In this document: positions 10,274 through 18,465 of the stretch, one piece after another
Layout: each line of letters starts with the position of its first letter
Position numbering within the stretch: the stretch's first letter is position 1
Assembly (NCBI GenBank): GCA_005191425.1
Contig: SUPR01000022.1
Span: 1-32,000, forward strand
Direction of reading: 5' to 3'
Length of the DNA stretch: 32,000 nt
DNA from: Candidatus Helarchaeota ASGARD archaeon Hel_GB_B
GTDB taxonomy: Archaea > Asgardarchaeota > Lokiarchaeia > Helarchaeales > HEL-GB-B
Position numbers and translations under genes: made by a program
Notes under the pieces: generated by a model
The model's input: the letters and a program-made list of their open reading frames with translations, nothing else
Told to the model about the DNA's origin: nothing
Database searches by the model: none

Positions 10274-11452
10274 TTATTTCATTATTTTAGTATCTCTACC
10301 CATCCCTATGGAGACAATATTATCGGATGTAACTTCATAGTCGCTAGGTGTTTCATGAGTAATATCTAAATTGACACCTTTTATTGCCTCAGAACGTTCT
10401 ATTCCTAATTTTTCAGGGGTAATACGATTGGTACCAGGATATTTCCATTCAAAAACTCCAGATTTGAAGACAGACTTAGGGATTTTTTTAGGTTCCTTCG
10501 ACCCAAGAATTTCCACGTTTAAGCTATCGATAGGCATTGGGATACCATCGTCCCATTGTCGTTCAATTGATGCATGCCATATTTCAGGATGTTCGTCTTG
10601 CATCCATTTTACTCCAATATCTTCGATCCCTTTAATTGAAAAACAATGTGACTGAAAAAGACCCATTATTCGCAATTGATAATCACGACGTTTCATCATA
10701 CTCATCATCTGTAAAGTACTGGACCAAGGGATCATTGCTGCATAAAAATCAGGTAATTTGTAAATGCGTTCCGTATTTACCATATCATACATAAGTCCCA
10801 TAGCATCATAATTACTTAATTCACATATGATATTTATGGCACAAGAAAGCCAAACTATTGTAGAATGATAGGGAGACGACGACCATTGAGGAGTCCGCTC
10901 ATTCCTAACATCTTTTAAGATATCCATGCAAGCATACGCACATTTTGTAAGATTTTTAGTCCGTTTAGGAATCTCGCGTAGTTTATAACCCAGTTTCATA
11001 TGTCGCCTGTCTAGAAGTTCATCGTCCTCTTTAACACCAGCAAACCAAAAATCAGCAGGTAATCCGTTCTCCATATGACAATTAATAATGGTGAAAATTT
11101 TTTGAGACATGTCATCTACCAAAATAAATGAACTGTCAATACTTTCGCCATGTAATAACTTCATTGCACCTTGTTGAAGGTCGGATCTTGTAAGAATAGC
11201 AGGGGGAAATATAGTATAAGTTATAACTTTTTCTGGTTCCTTTATTTTACCATCAATTAATTCTTTTGAAGTCATTATGCTTTCAGTCATCCTAACCCGC
11301 ATAATCTCTTCAATTATCTCCCTTAAGCTTCTAGTCGCTTTATTCCAAGTTTCCCAGCCAATTTCTTGGTGCATTCTCCAAACATGTCTTGCAATTGGTA
11401 AATATTTTTTTGTTCTTAAAGAATCATCAATCTCGCCATAAGTATGAAGCAT
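10274..11452 (-). CDS. Hypothetical soluble protein (392 aa), function unknown
   Basis: Long ORF with globular composition, ATG preceded by SD GAGGTA, flanked by long AT-rich intergenic regions. No motif recognised. Confidence 0.85.
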   Translation of the reverse strand: MLHTYGEIDDSLRTKKYLPIARHVWRMHQEIGWETWNKATRSLREIIEEIMRVRMTESIMTSKELIDGKIKEPEKVITYTIFPPAILTRSDLQQGAMKLLHGESIDSSFILVDDMSQKIFTIINCHMENGLPADFWFAGVKEDDELLDRRHMKLGYKLREIPKRTKNLTKCAYACMDILKDVRNERTPQWSSSPYHSTIVWLSCAINIICELSNYDAMGLMYDMVNTERIYKLPDFYAAMIPWSSTLQMMSMMKRRDYQLRIMGLFQSHCFSIKGIEDIGVKWMQDEHPEIWHASIERQWDDGIPMPIDSLNVEILGSKEPKKIPKSVFKSGVFEWKYPGTNRITPEKLGIERSEAIKGVNLDITHETPSDYEVTSDNIVSIGMGRDTKIMK

Positions 11453-11844
11453 AAAATTTACCTCGATTAGTCATTATACTTTCTTTCAATAATTTACAAC
11501 TTATATTATTTTTAAAATCTATGTTTAAATATAAATAATTAAGCAATTCTTGATAATTAAATTATATTAAACCATTAATTAATGAAATATAAATTTAATC
11601 ATGATAAATAACTGAAACTAAGTTAACAAATCTCAAAAATTTTATTTTTTTAATTTTATAAAAATGAACTTTAAATATCTCAGTTTAAAAAATTGAAAAG
11701 GACGATTCTATATAAAAATTCGGTGGTTGAATATAGGATATAAAAAACAATAAAAGAAAAAGGAATTAAATTAAAGTTTTTTAAAAAGTGGTCGGTCCAT
11801 TGATTATTTTTTAGTTTTATATAGAAGTTAGGAATGATTTATGA

Positions 11845-12378
11845 CTAAATTATTTTGTGGATACCGGCTCTTTCCAGTCCAATGAATAATAAATAACCAA
11901 GTAAGTTCATAGAGATTAGAGACCCAGTAAAAATCCCGAGATATGTCAACCAGAACGGCATGTTAAGCAGAAACGGCAAATAAGTCCCGACAATAAAAGT
12001 ATTAATGAGGTTCATTAATAGAATAATTAATTGGATATAGATATGCCTTTTTTTGCCGGTCAAATTTTTAATTTTATTAAAGAGATAATAGCCCAATGAA
12101 CCTGCAAGTAAATTAGCTAGAGAACCAAAAATAATATCAATCAGTCCGAGACCACCAATTATATTAGCCAAGATACACCCTATTGTTATTCCAATAGTGC
12201 CAGGATAACCGAAGAAGAAAACAGTGGTAAATAGTGCATCAGCGACCCTAACTTGAGGAATATCCCAAGCGATAGGGATTAAAATTACTAGAACAACATA
12301 AAGAGCACTAATTATAGCAATTAATGATATATAAATAGATGTATTTTTATTATTTTTTGACAATTTTTTTTCATTCAT
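11845..12378 (-). CDS. queT: QueT-family (COG4708) queuosine/7-deazaguanine precursor transporter, ECF S-component-like
   Basis: ALYVVL...IAW...QVRVADAL......G..GITIGC.LAN..G.LG.IDIIFGSLA signature of the QueT family. About 5 TM. SD GAGGTG 8 nt before ATG. Confidence 0.85.
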   Translation of the reverse strand: MNEKKLSKNNKNTSIYISLIAIISALYVVLVILIPIAWDIPQVRVADALFTTVFFFGYPGTIGITIGCILANIIGGLGLIDIIFGSLANLLAGSLGYYLFNKIKNLTGKKRHIYIQLIILLMNLINTFIVGTYLPFLLNMPFWLTYLGIFTGSLISMNLLGYLLFIGLERAGIHKII

Positions 12379-12386
12379 TAATATTA

Positions 12387-12465
12387 CACCTCGAAACCCG
12401 GGGTTTATTGATTAATGTGGCGGAACGCGGTTTGAGGCGTACCCACCCGCCACGAAGTCAATAAT
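12387..12465 (-). ncRNA. Candidate cis-regulatory structured 5' leader (putative translational riboswitch) of queT
   Basis: Core 12417-12453 is 26/37 G+C in AT-rich intergenic DNA. Stems: GUGGCGG/CCGCCAC, ACGC/GCGU and UUAUUGA/UCAAUAA. The loop CCUCAAAC is complementary to GUUU(C)GAGG covering the SD. Confidence 0.62.
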
Positions 12466-12483
12466 TTCTACCTTAAGAATTCT

Positions 12484-12498
12484 TATATAAATTTTTTC
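12484..12498 (-). promoter_or_regulatory. Archaeal BRE/TATA promoter of queT
   Basis: Minus strand GAAAAAA-TTTATATA. With canonical spacing the start site falls near 12461-12467, the 5' edge of the structured leader. Confidence 0.5.
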
Positions 12499-12619
12499 AT
12501 TAATATTTTATTAATGAAATAAAGATTGGAAAAAGTTCAATAATTATTTAGTAAAGACAGTAAAGACGGAATTTGGTACCAGAAAAATAGAGAACTATTA
12601 TCTTCAATCAGTATAATAA

Positions 12620-14179
12620 GTGGTGAAAATAAAATATATAAATAATAAAAAGTTAAAAAGAAATATAATTGAATATAGAGAATACCAGGATTCGATTAGC
12701 GATATCTGCTTAGAGAAAAATACATTGGTCATATTACCGACTGCATTAGGAAAAACAATTATAGCGATTTTAACTGCAGTTAAATTATTGGACAAAGATG
12801 AGAAAATAAAAATTTTAATGCTTGCACCAACAAGACCTTTAGTTGTCCAGCATTTTAATACATTTAAAAATTTATTAAATTATAATAACAAGGATTTTAC
12901 CATATTGACGGGAAAAATTTTGCCCAAAAAAAGGCTTATGGCATGGAATTCTGCTAAATTTATATTTGCTACACCACAAGTAATAAGAAACGACTTACAG
13001 AACAAAAGATATAATTTAAAAGATATTGGACTTATTATTTTCGATGAGGCGCATCACGCAAGAAAAAACTATGCATATAATTATATTGCTTCGGAATATA
13101 TTAAAGGATATGAGAAAACGCGAATCTTAGGTTTAACGGCATCTCCAGGAAAAGATGAAGAAAGTATCAATGAAATCTGTGAAAATTTATTTATTGAAGC
13201 AATCCAATTTCGCTCGGAATACGATGACGATGTCAAAGATTATATTACGCCAATAACACTTTTTTGGCACAGATTAGAACTACCTGAAGAATATAATTTG
13301 ATTTTAAAAATACTAAGAGATATGGTAGAAGAGAATATACTTAAATTAAAAAGACAGGGTCTATTGATAATTAAATCTACAAAAATAATAACTAAAAAAG
13401 ATATATTAGAACTGGGTAAAAAATTAAGAGTAGAATTAAATAGGGCAACAAGGAGAAAAAAGGGATATCTTTATAATGCAATCGTTATTCAATCTGCTTT
13501 ATTGTCGTTAATGCACGGAATTGAATTAATAGAGACGCAAGGACTATTACCATTTTGTAATTTTCTTAGAAAGATTGAGAAAGATGCATTACAAGGCAAA
13601 TCAAAATATTCTAAATTAATAGTAGACCATTTAAAATTTGAAAAATTAACCTATTATTGTGAGTTTTATAGGCACATACCAAATCCTAAACTTGAGAAAT
13701 TAGCGGTACTTATAAAACAAGAATTGCAAAAAAATGCAAATTCAAAAATAATTGTCTTTAGCCAATATAGAGATACAGTAATACGAATCCAAGAATATTT
13801 AAAGACAATAGATAATGTCAAGGCAATTAAATTTGTCGGACAAACTTCTAAAGAAAATGACCCAGGACTTAAACAAGATGAACAAGCCAGAATAATTGAG
13901 GATTTTAAAGGAGATAAATATAATGTATTAATAGCGACATGTGTAGCGGAAGAGGGACTAGATATTCCAGCAGTAGATAGAGTAATTTTTTTTGAGCCAA
14001 TTCCAAGTGAAATAAGATATATTCAACGAAAAGGTAGGACAAGTCGACACCATATTGGTCGAGTGGACATACTTCTAAATAAAAATACTATAGATGAAGC
14101 ATATTTTGGGGCAGCACTCTCTCGCGAGAAAAAGATGAAAAAAATTATTAAAAAATTAAACAAGAAACTAGAAAAATAA
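12620..14179 (+). CDS. hef: Hef/FANCM/Mph1-like SF2 DEAH helicase lacking the C-terminal ERCC4 nuclease domain
   Basis: REYQ, LPTALGKT, LAPTRPLV.QH, ATPQ, FDEAH, LGLTASPG, KFVGQ, EEGLDIP, IQRKGRT. The ORF ends at 519 aa after the helicase C-terminal helix, with tandem TAA TAA. Confidence 0.9.
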   Translation: MVKIKYINNKKLKRNIIEYREYQDSISDICLEKNTLVILPTALGKTIIAILTAVKLLDKDEKIKILMLAPTRPLVVQHFNTFKNLLNYNNKDFTILTGKILPKKRLMAWNSAKFIFATPQVIRNDLQNKRYNLKDIGLIIFDEAHHARKNYAYNYIASEYIKGYEKTRILGLTASPGKDEESINEICENLFIEAIQFRSEYDDDVKDYITPITLFWHRLELPEEYNLILKILRDMVEENILKLKRQGLLIIKSTKIITKKDILELGKKLRVELNRATRRKKGYLYNAIVIQSALLSLMHGIELIETQGLLPFCNFLRKIEKDALQGKSKYSKLIVDHLKFEKLTYYCEFYRHIPNPKLEKLAVLIKQELQKNANSKIIVFSQYRDTVIRIQEYLKTIDNVKAIKFVGQTSKENDPGLKQDEQARIIEDFKGDKYNVLIATCVAEEGLDIPAVDRVIFFEPIPSEIRYIQRKGRTSRHHIGRVDILLNKNTIDEAYFGAALSREKKMKKIIKKLNKKLEK

Positions 14180-14345
14180 TAAATATTTATCCAATTTTCA
14201 GAGTATTTAAATTAATAAATAAATTAAATTTACAATTTGCAGATATTTCAAAACAATGATTATCAATACAAATAATTAAATTAGATAAATATTAATAGAA
14301 TTATAATTGTTTAGATTAAAATACCATTTATTTCAATTTTTTAAT

Positions 14346-14684
14346 TTATAATAAAGAATTATTAAAGCTGTTTCTATTTATTATACCATAGTTAATCATT
14401 GCAATTGCAATTTTACCACAGCTTTCCATATCGATGTGTGGAATTATATCTTTCACTTTTTGAGGACTTATATTAGTCCCGCATGATTCTAATTTTTTAA
14501 ATTGGTCTAATGTTATATGGCAAATTAATTTATTGATACCCAATTCTCTAATCATTAGGGATAATTTATCATTTTCACTTTGTACAAATATCCCTTGAAC
14601 CCCATCTCTTTTTGGAAGTATTATATTCCTTTTTTTTTCTGATTTCTTGAAAAAGTCAGTAATTATAGTTTGCTTTGAGACCAT
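14346..14684 (-). CDS. Small hypothetical protein with N-terminal PCNA-interacting (PIP) box
   Basis: ATG start. Residues 5-12, QTIITDFF, fit the canonical Qxx[LIM]xxFF, followed by basic KKSEKKR. Confidence 0.7.
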   Translation of the reverse strand: MVSKQTIITDFFKKSEKKRNIILPKRDGVQGIFVQSENDKLSLMIRELGINKLICHITLDQFKKLESCGTNISPQKVKDIIPHIDMESCGKIAIAMINYGIINRNSFNNSLL

Positions 14685-14957
14685 TTTTTATTCATTGAAA
14701 ATTTAAGTTGACAGATTTTTAAAATTTTGGTTTTTAATCCATTTAAATGGTATTATCAACTAAAATAAAAAATATAAACGAACAACGAATTTTTAACAAA
14801 ATTCATATCCAATCAAAATCTTTTATTTACATAGTAAAAAAGAATATAAATAATAATAGATTGTTCAAGTTCTAAAATATGAGTTAGATTTTAATAATAT
14901 TGTCTTTTATTAATTTTATTGAAGATGATTGGAAAAAGATAAAAGTACCATCGAAAA

Positions 14958-15950
14958 TTAATGCTTTTTAAATGTCTTTGAAATAATATTTTTGTTTACA
15001 ATAAATGCATGATCGAATTTTTTTTCTAAGACATTAATAATATTTTCAAATGCGAGTTTAGCCATTTTAGTGCGTGTTTCAATAGTAGAAGAGCCGATAT
15101 GGGGAGTAAGGACGACATTATCAAGTTTTAAAAGTGGATTATCATTACTGATAGGTTCAATAGTGTAGACATCAAGACCAGCTCCTGCAATAATTTTGTT
15201 TTCGAGTGCCCAGATCAAGAATTTTTCATCGATAACTTTACCTCTGGAAATATTTATTATAAATGCTGTTTTCTTCATTAATTTTAATTCATTTTCGCCG
15301 ATCATATTTTTAGTCTGGGGGTTTAATGGTACAGCTAAAATAATAAAATCAGATAATTTTAAAAGTTCAGATAATTCTTTAAATTCCATTGAATAAAGTT
15401 TTTCTAATTCAAATTTTCTAGTACGACTGTAATAAATAATTTTCATATTAAATCCAACAGACCTTCTTGCAATAGCAGACCCAATACGTCCCATTCCAAT
15501 GATCCCAAGAGTTTTACTATGGACATCTCTACCTGCAAAAAAAAGTGGATGCCAATCCTTCCATTTATTGTCTAAAATAAAGTTATGGGCTTCGATAATT
15601 CTGCGGCTAATTGCCATAAGTAATGCCCAAGCAAGATCAGCCGTGGTCTCTGTTAATACTTCCGGGGTATTAGTAACGATAATATTTCGGTCTGTAGCTG
15701 CATCTATATCTATATTATCATATCCGACCGCGAAATTACTGATAACCTTAAGGTTTGGCCCAGCAGAGTCCATTATTTCGGCATCTATCTTATTTCTTAA
15801 AGTACATATAATGCCATCAATACCCGGCACTAATTTAAGTAATTCTTTTTTAGATAATTTTCCTCCGGTATTAATATTAAACTTAAAATTAGTTCCAAAC
15901 TTTTCCAAATTTTCAAATGGAAGTTTTCTAGTGATCAATATTTTATACAT
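14958..15950 (-). CDS. gyaR: Glyoxylate reductase / D-2-hydroxyacid dehydrogenase
   Basis: NFAVGYDNID, NTPEVLTETTADL, GIIGMGRIG, NISRG, GLDV..EP, TPHIGS. Start reassigned to ATG 15950 (MYKILITRKLP), preceded by GGTG. Confidence 0.9.
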   Translation of the reverse strand: MYKILITRKLPFENLEKFGTNFKFNINTGGKLSKKELLKLVPGIDGIICTLRNKIDAEIMDSAGPNLKVISNFAVGYDNIDIDAATDRNIIVTNTPEVLTETTADLAWALLMAISRRIIEAHNFILDNKWKDWHPLFFAGRDVHSKTLGIIGMGRIGSAIARRSVGFNMKIIYYSRTRKFELEKLYSMEFKELSELLKLSDFIILAVPLNPQTKNMIGENELKLMKKTAFIINISRGKVIDEKFLIWALENKIIAGAGLDVYTIEPISNDNPLLKLDNVVLTPHIGSSTIETRTKMAKLAFENIINVLEKKFDHAFIVNKNIISKTFKKH

Positions 15951-15994
15951 AAGGTACACCAATTGGAATAAAAAATAAAATGTAAATACAATTT

Positions 15995-16696
15995 TCATTT
16001 AGTTGAGAAATAATTTAAGAGTCCGTAATATATCCCAAGAACCGCTTTGATCATAGAATCTATAAAATTTCGTATAACAAACATTTGTACAATTAAAACA
16101 AAGATTATGGTAAAAACAATAGTCATTGTTGCAGCTAGTACCTCATGAGCAATATAAAAAGAAAAACCATTCATAAGTAATACCACAGTGATTACGATCC
16201 TTAATACATTTGCACTATAGATACCCAATATCATAATAGAGCCACCAAGTAATTTTTTCCACCATTTTGTTGGAGTTGCAATCACAAGAGCTGTTAAAAG
16301 AGCTATAGCTTCAATACCAGTACAAAGTTTGATTACTTCTAAAGAAAAGGGATAGTCCAAGGGAGGGACATTTGGATAAATAATAACATGCCCAGCGTTT
16401 ATAATAGTAAATGCAGGGGCTATATTGAAAATTGAAAGAAATTGCGATGCGCCTTCACTTGTTGCATATCGAAGCCATAAGTCAAATGTCCAGATCTGTC
16501 CAGGTCCCCAACCATAAGGTATATTGAATAAAATATAGAAAAATTCAATAATTTCAGAGAGATACAAAATAAATAAAGTTAATAATATAACAGTACCAAA
16601 ATAAATAATCGATTGGGTAAGAGTCCAACGTTCTGATTTGGAATCTTTTGGTGTTACATCAATAATTTTATCTTTATCAATATTATTTGACATCAT
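15995..16696 (-). CDS. Archaeosortase/exosortase-family membrane transpeptidase
   Basis: LEVIKLCTGIEAI (catalytic Cys), NVLRIV (Arg) and IAHE (His) in the family order within a multi-TM protein. Confidence 0.85.
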   Translation of the reverse strand: MMSNNIDKDKIIDVTPKDSKSERWTLTQSIIYFGTVILLTLFILYLSEIIEFFYILFNIPYGWGPGQIWTFDLWLRYATSEGASQFLSIFNIAPAFTIINAGHVIIYPNVPPLDYPFSLEVIKLCTGIEAIALLTALVIATPTKWWKKLLGGSIMILGIYSANVLRIVITVVLLMNGFSFYIAHEVLAATMTIVFTIIFVLIVQMFVIRNFIDSMIKAVLGIYYGLLNYFSTK

Positions 16697-16722
16697 TTTT
16701 AATTCATTTTGAAATATTTGAT

Positions 16723-18222
16723 TTAAGTCATTAATTTTATTAATAATTTGAAGACTGAGGCTGCGATTATACCAAATAAACCAATAATACTAATGAAACT
16801 AAAAAAGCCAGGGTCAAAAACAAAAGCCCCAGAGATATCTACAAAATATAGTTGATGCATAGGTGATAAGAAAATTAAATAGAACGAATTTAATGCAATA
16901 CAATAAGAAAAAGTGCCAACAATTATAAGATAGGTAGGGTCTGGTAAGTTTTTCATAATTTTAGCACGCCAAATTTTGTTTTCATTTAACCAAGAGTTAA
17001 ACAATTCAAATAATACAAAAATAATCACAATTAGAGTAATAATAAAAACATAGATATTAAAATAGGAAATTAATATGATTTTTGATATTATAGGAAATAG
17101 TAAATACAAAATTAATACAGATATTACTGCTAAACTTGAAAAAACAACTTTTAAATTCACCTTTTTTTCATTCTGCTTTATTCGTTTAATGATACTGAAT
17201 ATACTAAGCCCAAATAAAAAATTGAAAATGAAATTAGAAATAGACCAGCTTATTAAATTCTCCCATAGACTATAAAAATATGGATAAAAAATGCCCCATA
17301 TAATTAATGGAATTGTTATGATAAAGAATCCAACGACCAATTTTAACCAATTACTGCTTTTATGATTCATTAAGTATTTCTTGGTATAATAATAAAGAAA
17401 TGCACTCATTAAGAATGCTGGAACAAACCAGAATAATTTTGGTATTCCTGCAAAAGTCATCGTGAAAATAATATTGAATATATTAGTTATTTCTATATTT
17501 AAAAAGCCAAAACTCAATAATATATAATTAAGTTCAATACAAAATAAACTGAAATATAAACTTATAGTATAAATTATAATAATTATGACCCAAATTCGAT
17601 AGCTTGTTTGAAAACTAGACAAAATGTATCGATACAACCGGAGAGATAAAACGATGGAACCCAATAAAATGATAATTAAAAAAATAATCCACAATATAAC
17701 ACCAACACTGCTCATAAATATTACTTCGGGTACCATTTTATCATAAAAATTATATAATTTAAAGAAAAATTCAAATAAAAATACTAAAATATTAAAAGCG
17801 TAAATAGTAAATAACCAGCTATTAAGAATTGAATCATGGTAAAGTGTATGAAGGGGAGCCGAACAATGGAGACATTTTTTTAAAACTTTGTTTTCTTTAA
17901 ATGTATTTTTTTCATGATATTTTAAAAGTAGCATCTGAGCTCCTACCGGTAGTAAAGTCATTAAAACACCCCAAATTGTAGCTGTTGTGAGAGGAACTCT
18001 TAAATCCTCAAGAATAAAGACACCAATATACAAGAATAAAATAACAATAATAGCCATTAACAATTTTTCAATAGATATCCGTTGTATAGAAGTATGAGCA
18101 CAATCAACACAATATAATCGCCCACATTTTTTACATTGTAGCCATGTGGGGAGAAGATCTATATTCTTTTTTTCATGTACTTTTCCACAATTATTACAAG
18201 CATTTTCAAGATTATTATCCAT
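16723..18222 (-). CDS. Polytopic membrane protein with N-terminal 8-Cys zinc finger and C-terminal PGF-TM-basic tail
   Basis: CxxC pairs at aa 9-12, 30-33, 38-41 and 117-120. More than 10 hydrophobic segments. Ends in DPGFFSFISIIGLFGIIAASVFKLLIKLMT. Confidence 0.8.
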   Translation of the reverse strand: MDNNLENACNNCGKVHEKKNIDLLPTWLQCKKCGRLYCVDCAHTSIQRISIEKLLMAIIVILFLYIGVFILEDLRVPLTTATIWGVLMTLLPVGAQMLLLKYHEKNTFKENKVLKKCLHCSAPLHTLYHDSILNSWLFTIYAFNILVFLFEFFFKLYNFYDKMVPEVIFMSSVGVILWIIFLIIILLGSIVLSLRLYRYILSSFQTSYRIWVIIIIIYTISLYFSLFCIELNYILLSFGFLNIEITNIFNIIFTMTFAGIPKLFWFVPAFLMSAFLYYYTKKYLMNHKSSNWLKLVVGFFIITIPLIIWGIFYPYFYSLWENLISWSISNFIFNFLFGLSIFSIIKRIKQNEKKVNLKVVFSSLAVISVLILYLLFPIISKIILISYFNIYVFIITLIVIIFVLFELFNSWLNENKIWRAKIMKNLPDPTYLIIVGTFSYCIALNSFYLIFLSPMHQLYFVDISGAFVFDPGFFSFISIIGLFGIIAASVFKLLIKLMT

Positions 18223-18465
18223 TGTATTTTTATGGTAGAATTTTGAAATAATAAAATTTATGGTTTATAAAATTATGAGAATTATTCTTGAAATAAAAAA
18301 CGATTAAATTGCCAGTTTTTTAAGTTCCATTAAAAATAAAGTATTAGTATAAAATCAAAATGAGAATCCGAGTAGAATTAGAGTAATTAACTTGAAATAA
18401 TAAGAGATATTAAAATTATAATTAAAAAATTATTTTAAAAATAAAAAAGTTGGAATTATATTAAA

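Noticed and set aside
12387-12465. Alternative readings of the GC-rich element as a tRNA fragment, SECIS or intrinsic terminator
   Set aside because: No cloverleaf or T-loop, it lies 5' of a gene with no in-frame UGA, and no U-tract follows the stem on the coding strand.
12604-12795. 63-aa minus-strand ORF upstream of queT as a possible leader peptide
   Set aside because: It is antisense to the hef 5' end and ends upstream of the queT TATA box, so it is not in the same transcript.
14320-14754. 11-bp inverted repeat (AATACCATTTA 14320-14330 / TAAATGGTATT 14744-14754) flanking the PIP-box gene, a possible MITE-like boundary
   Set aside because: Short and AT-rich, with no target-site duplication and no transposase. 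The right copy is part of a local palindrome CCATTTAAATGG, and chance is plausible.
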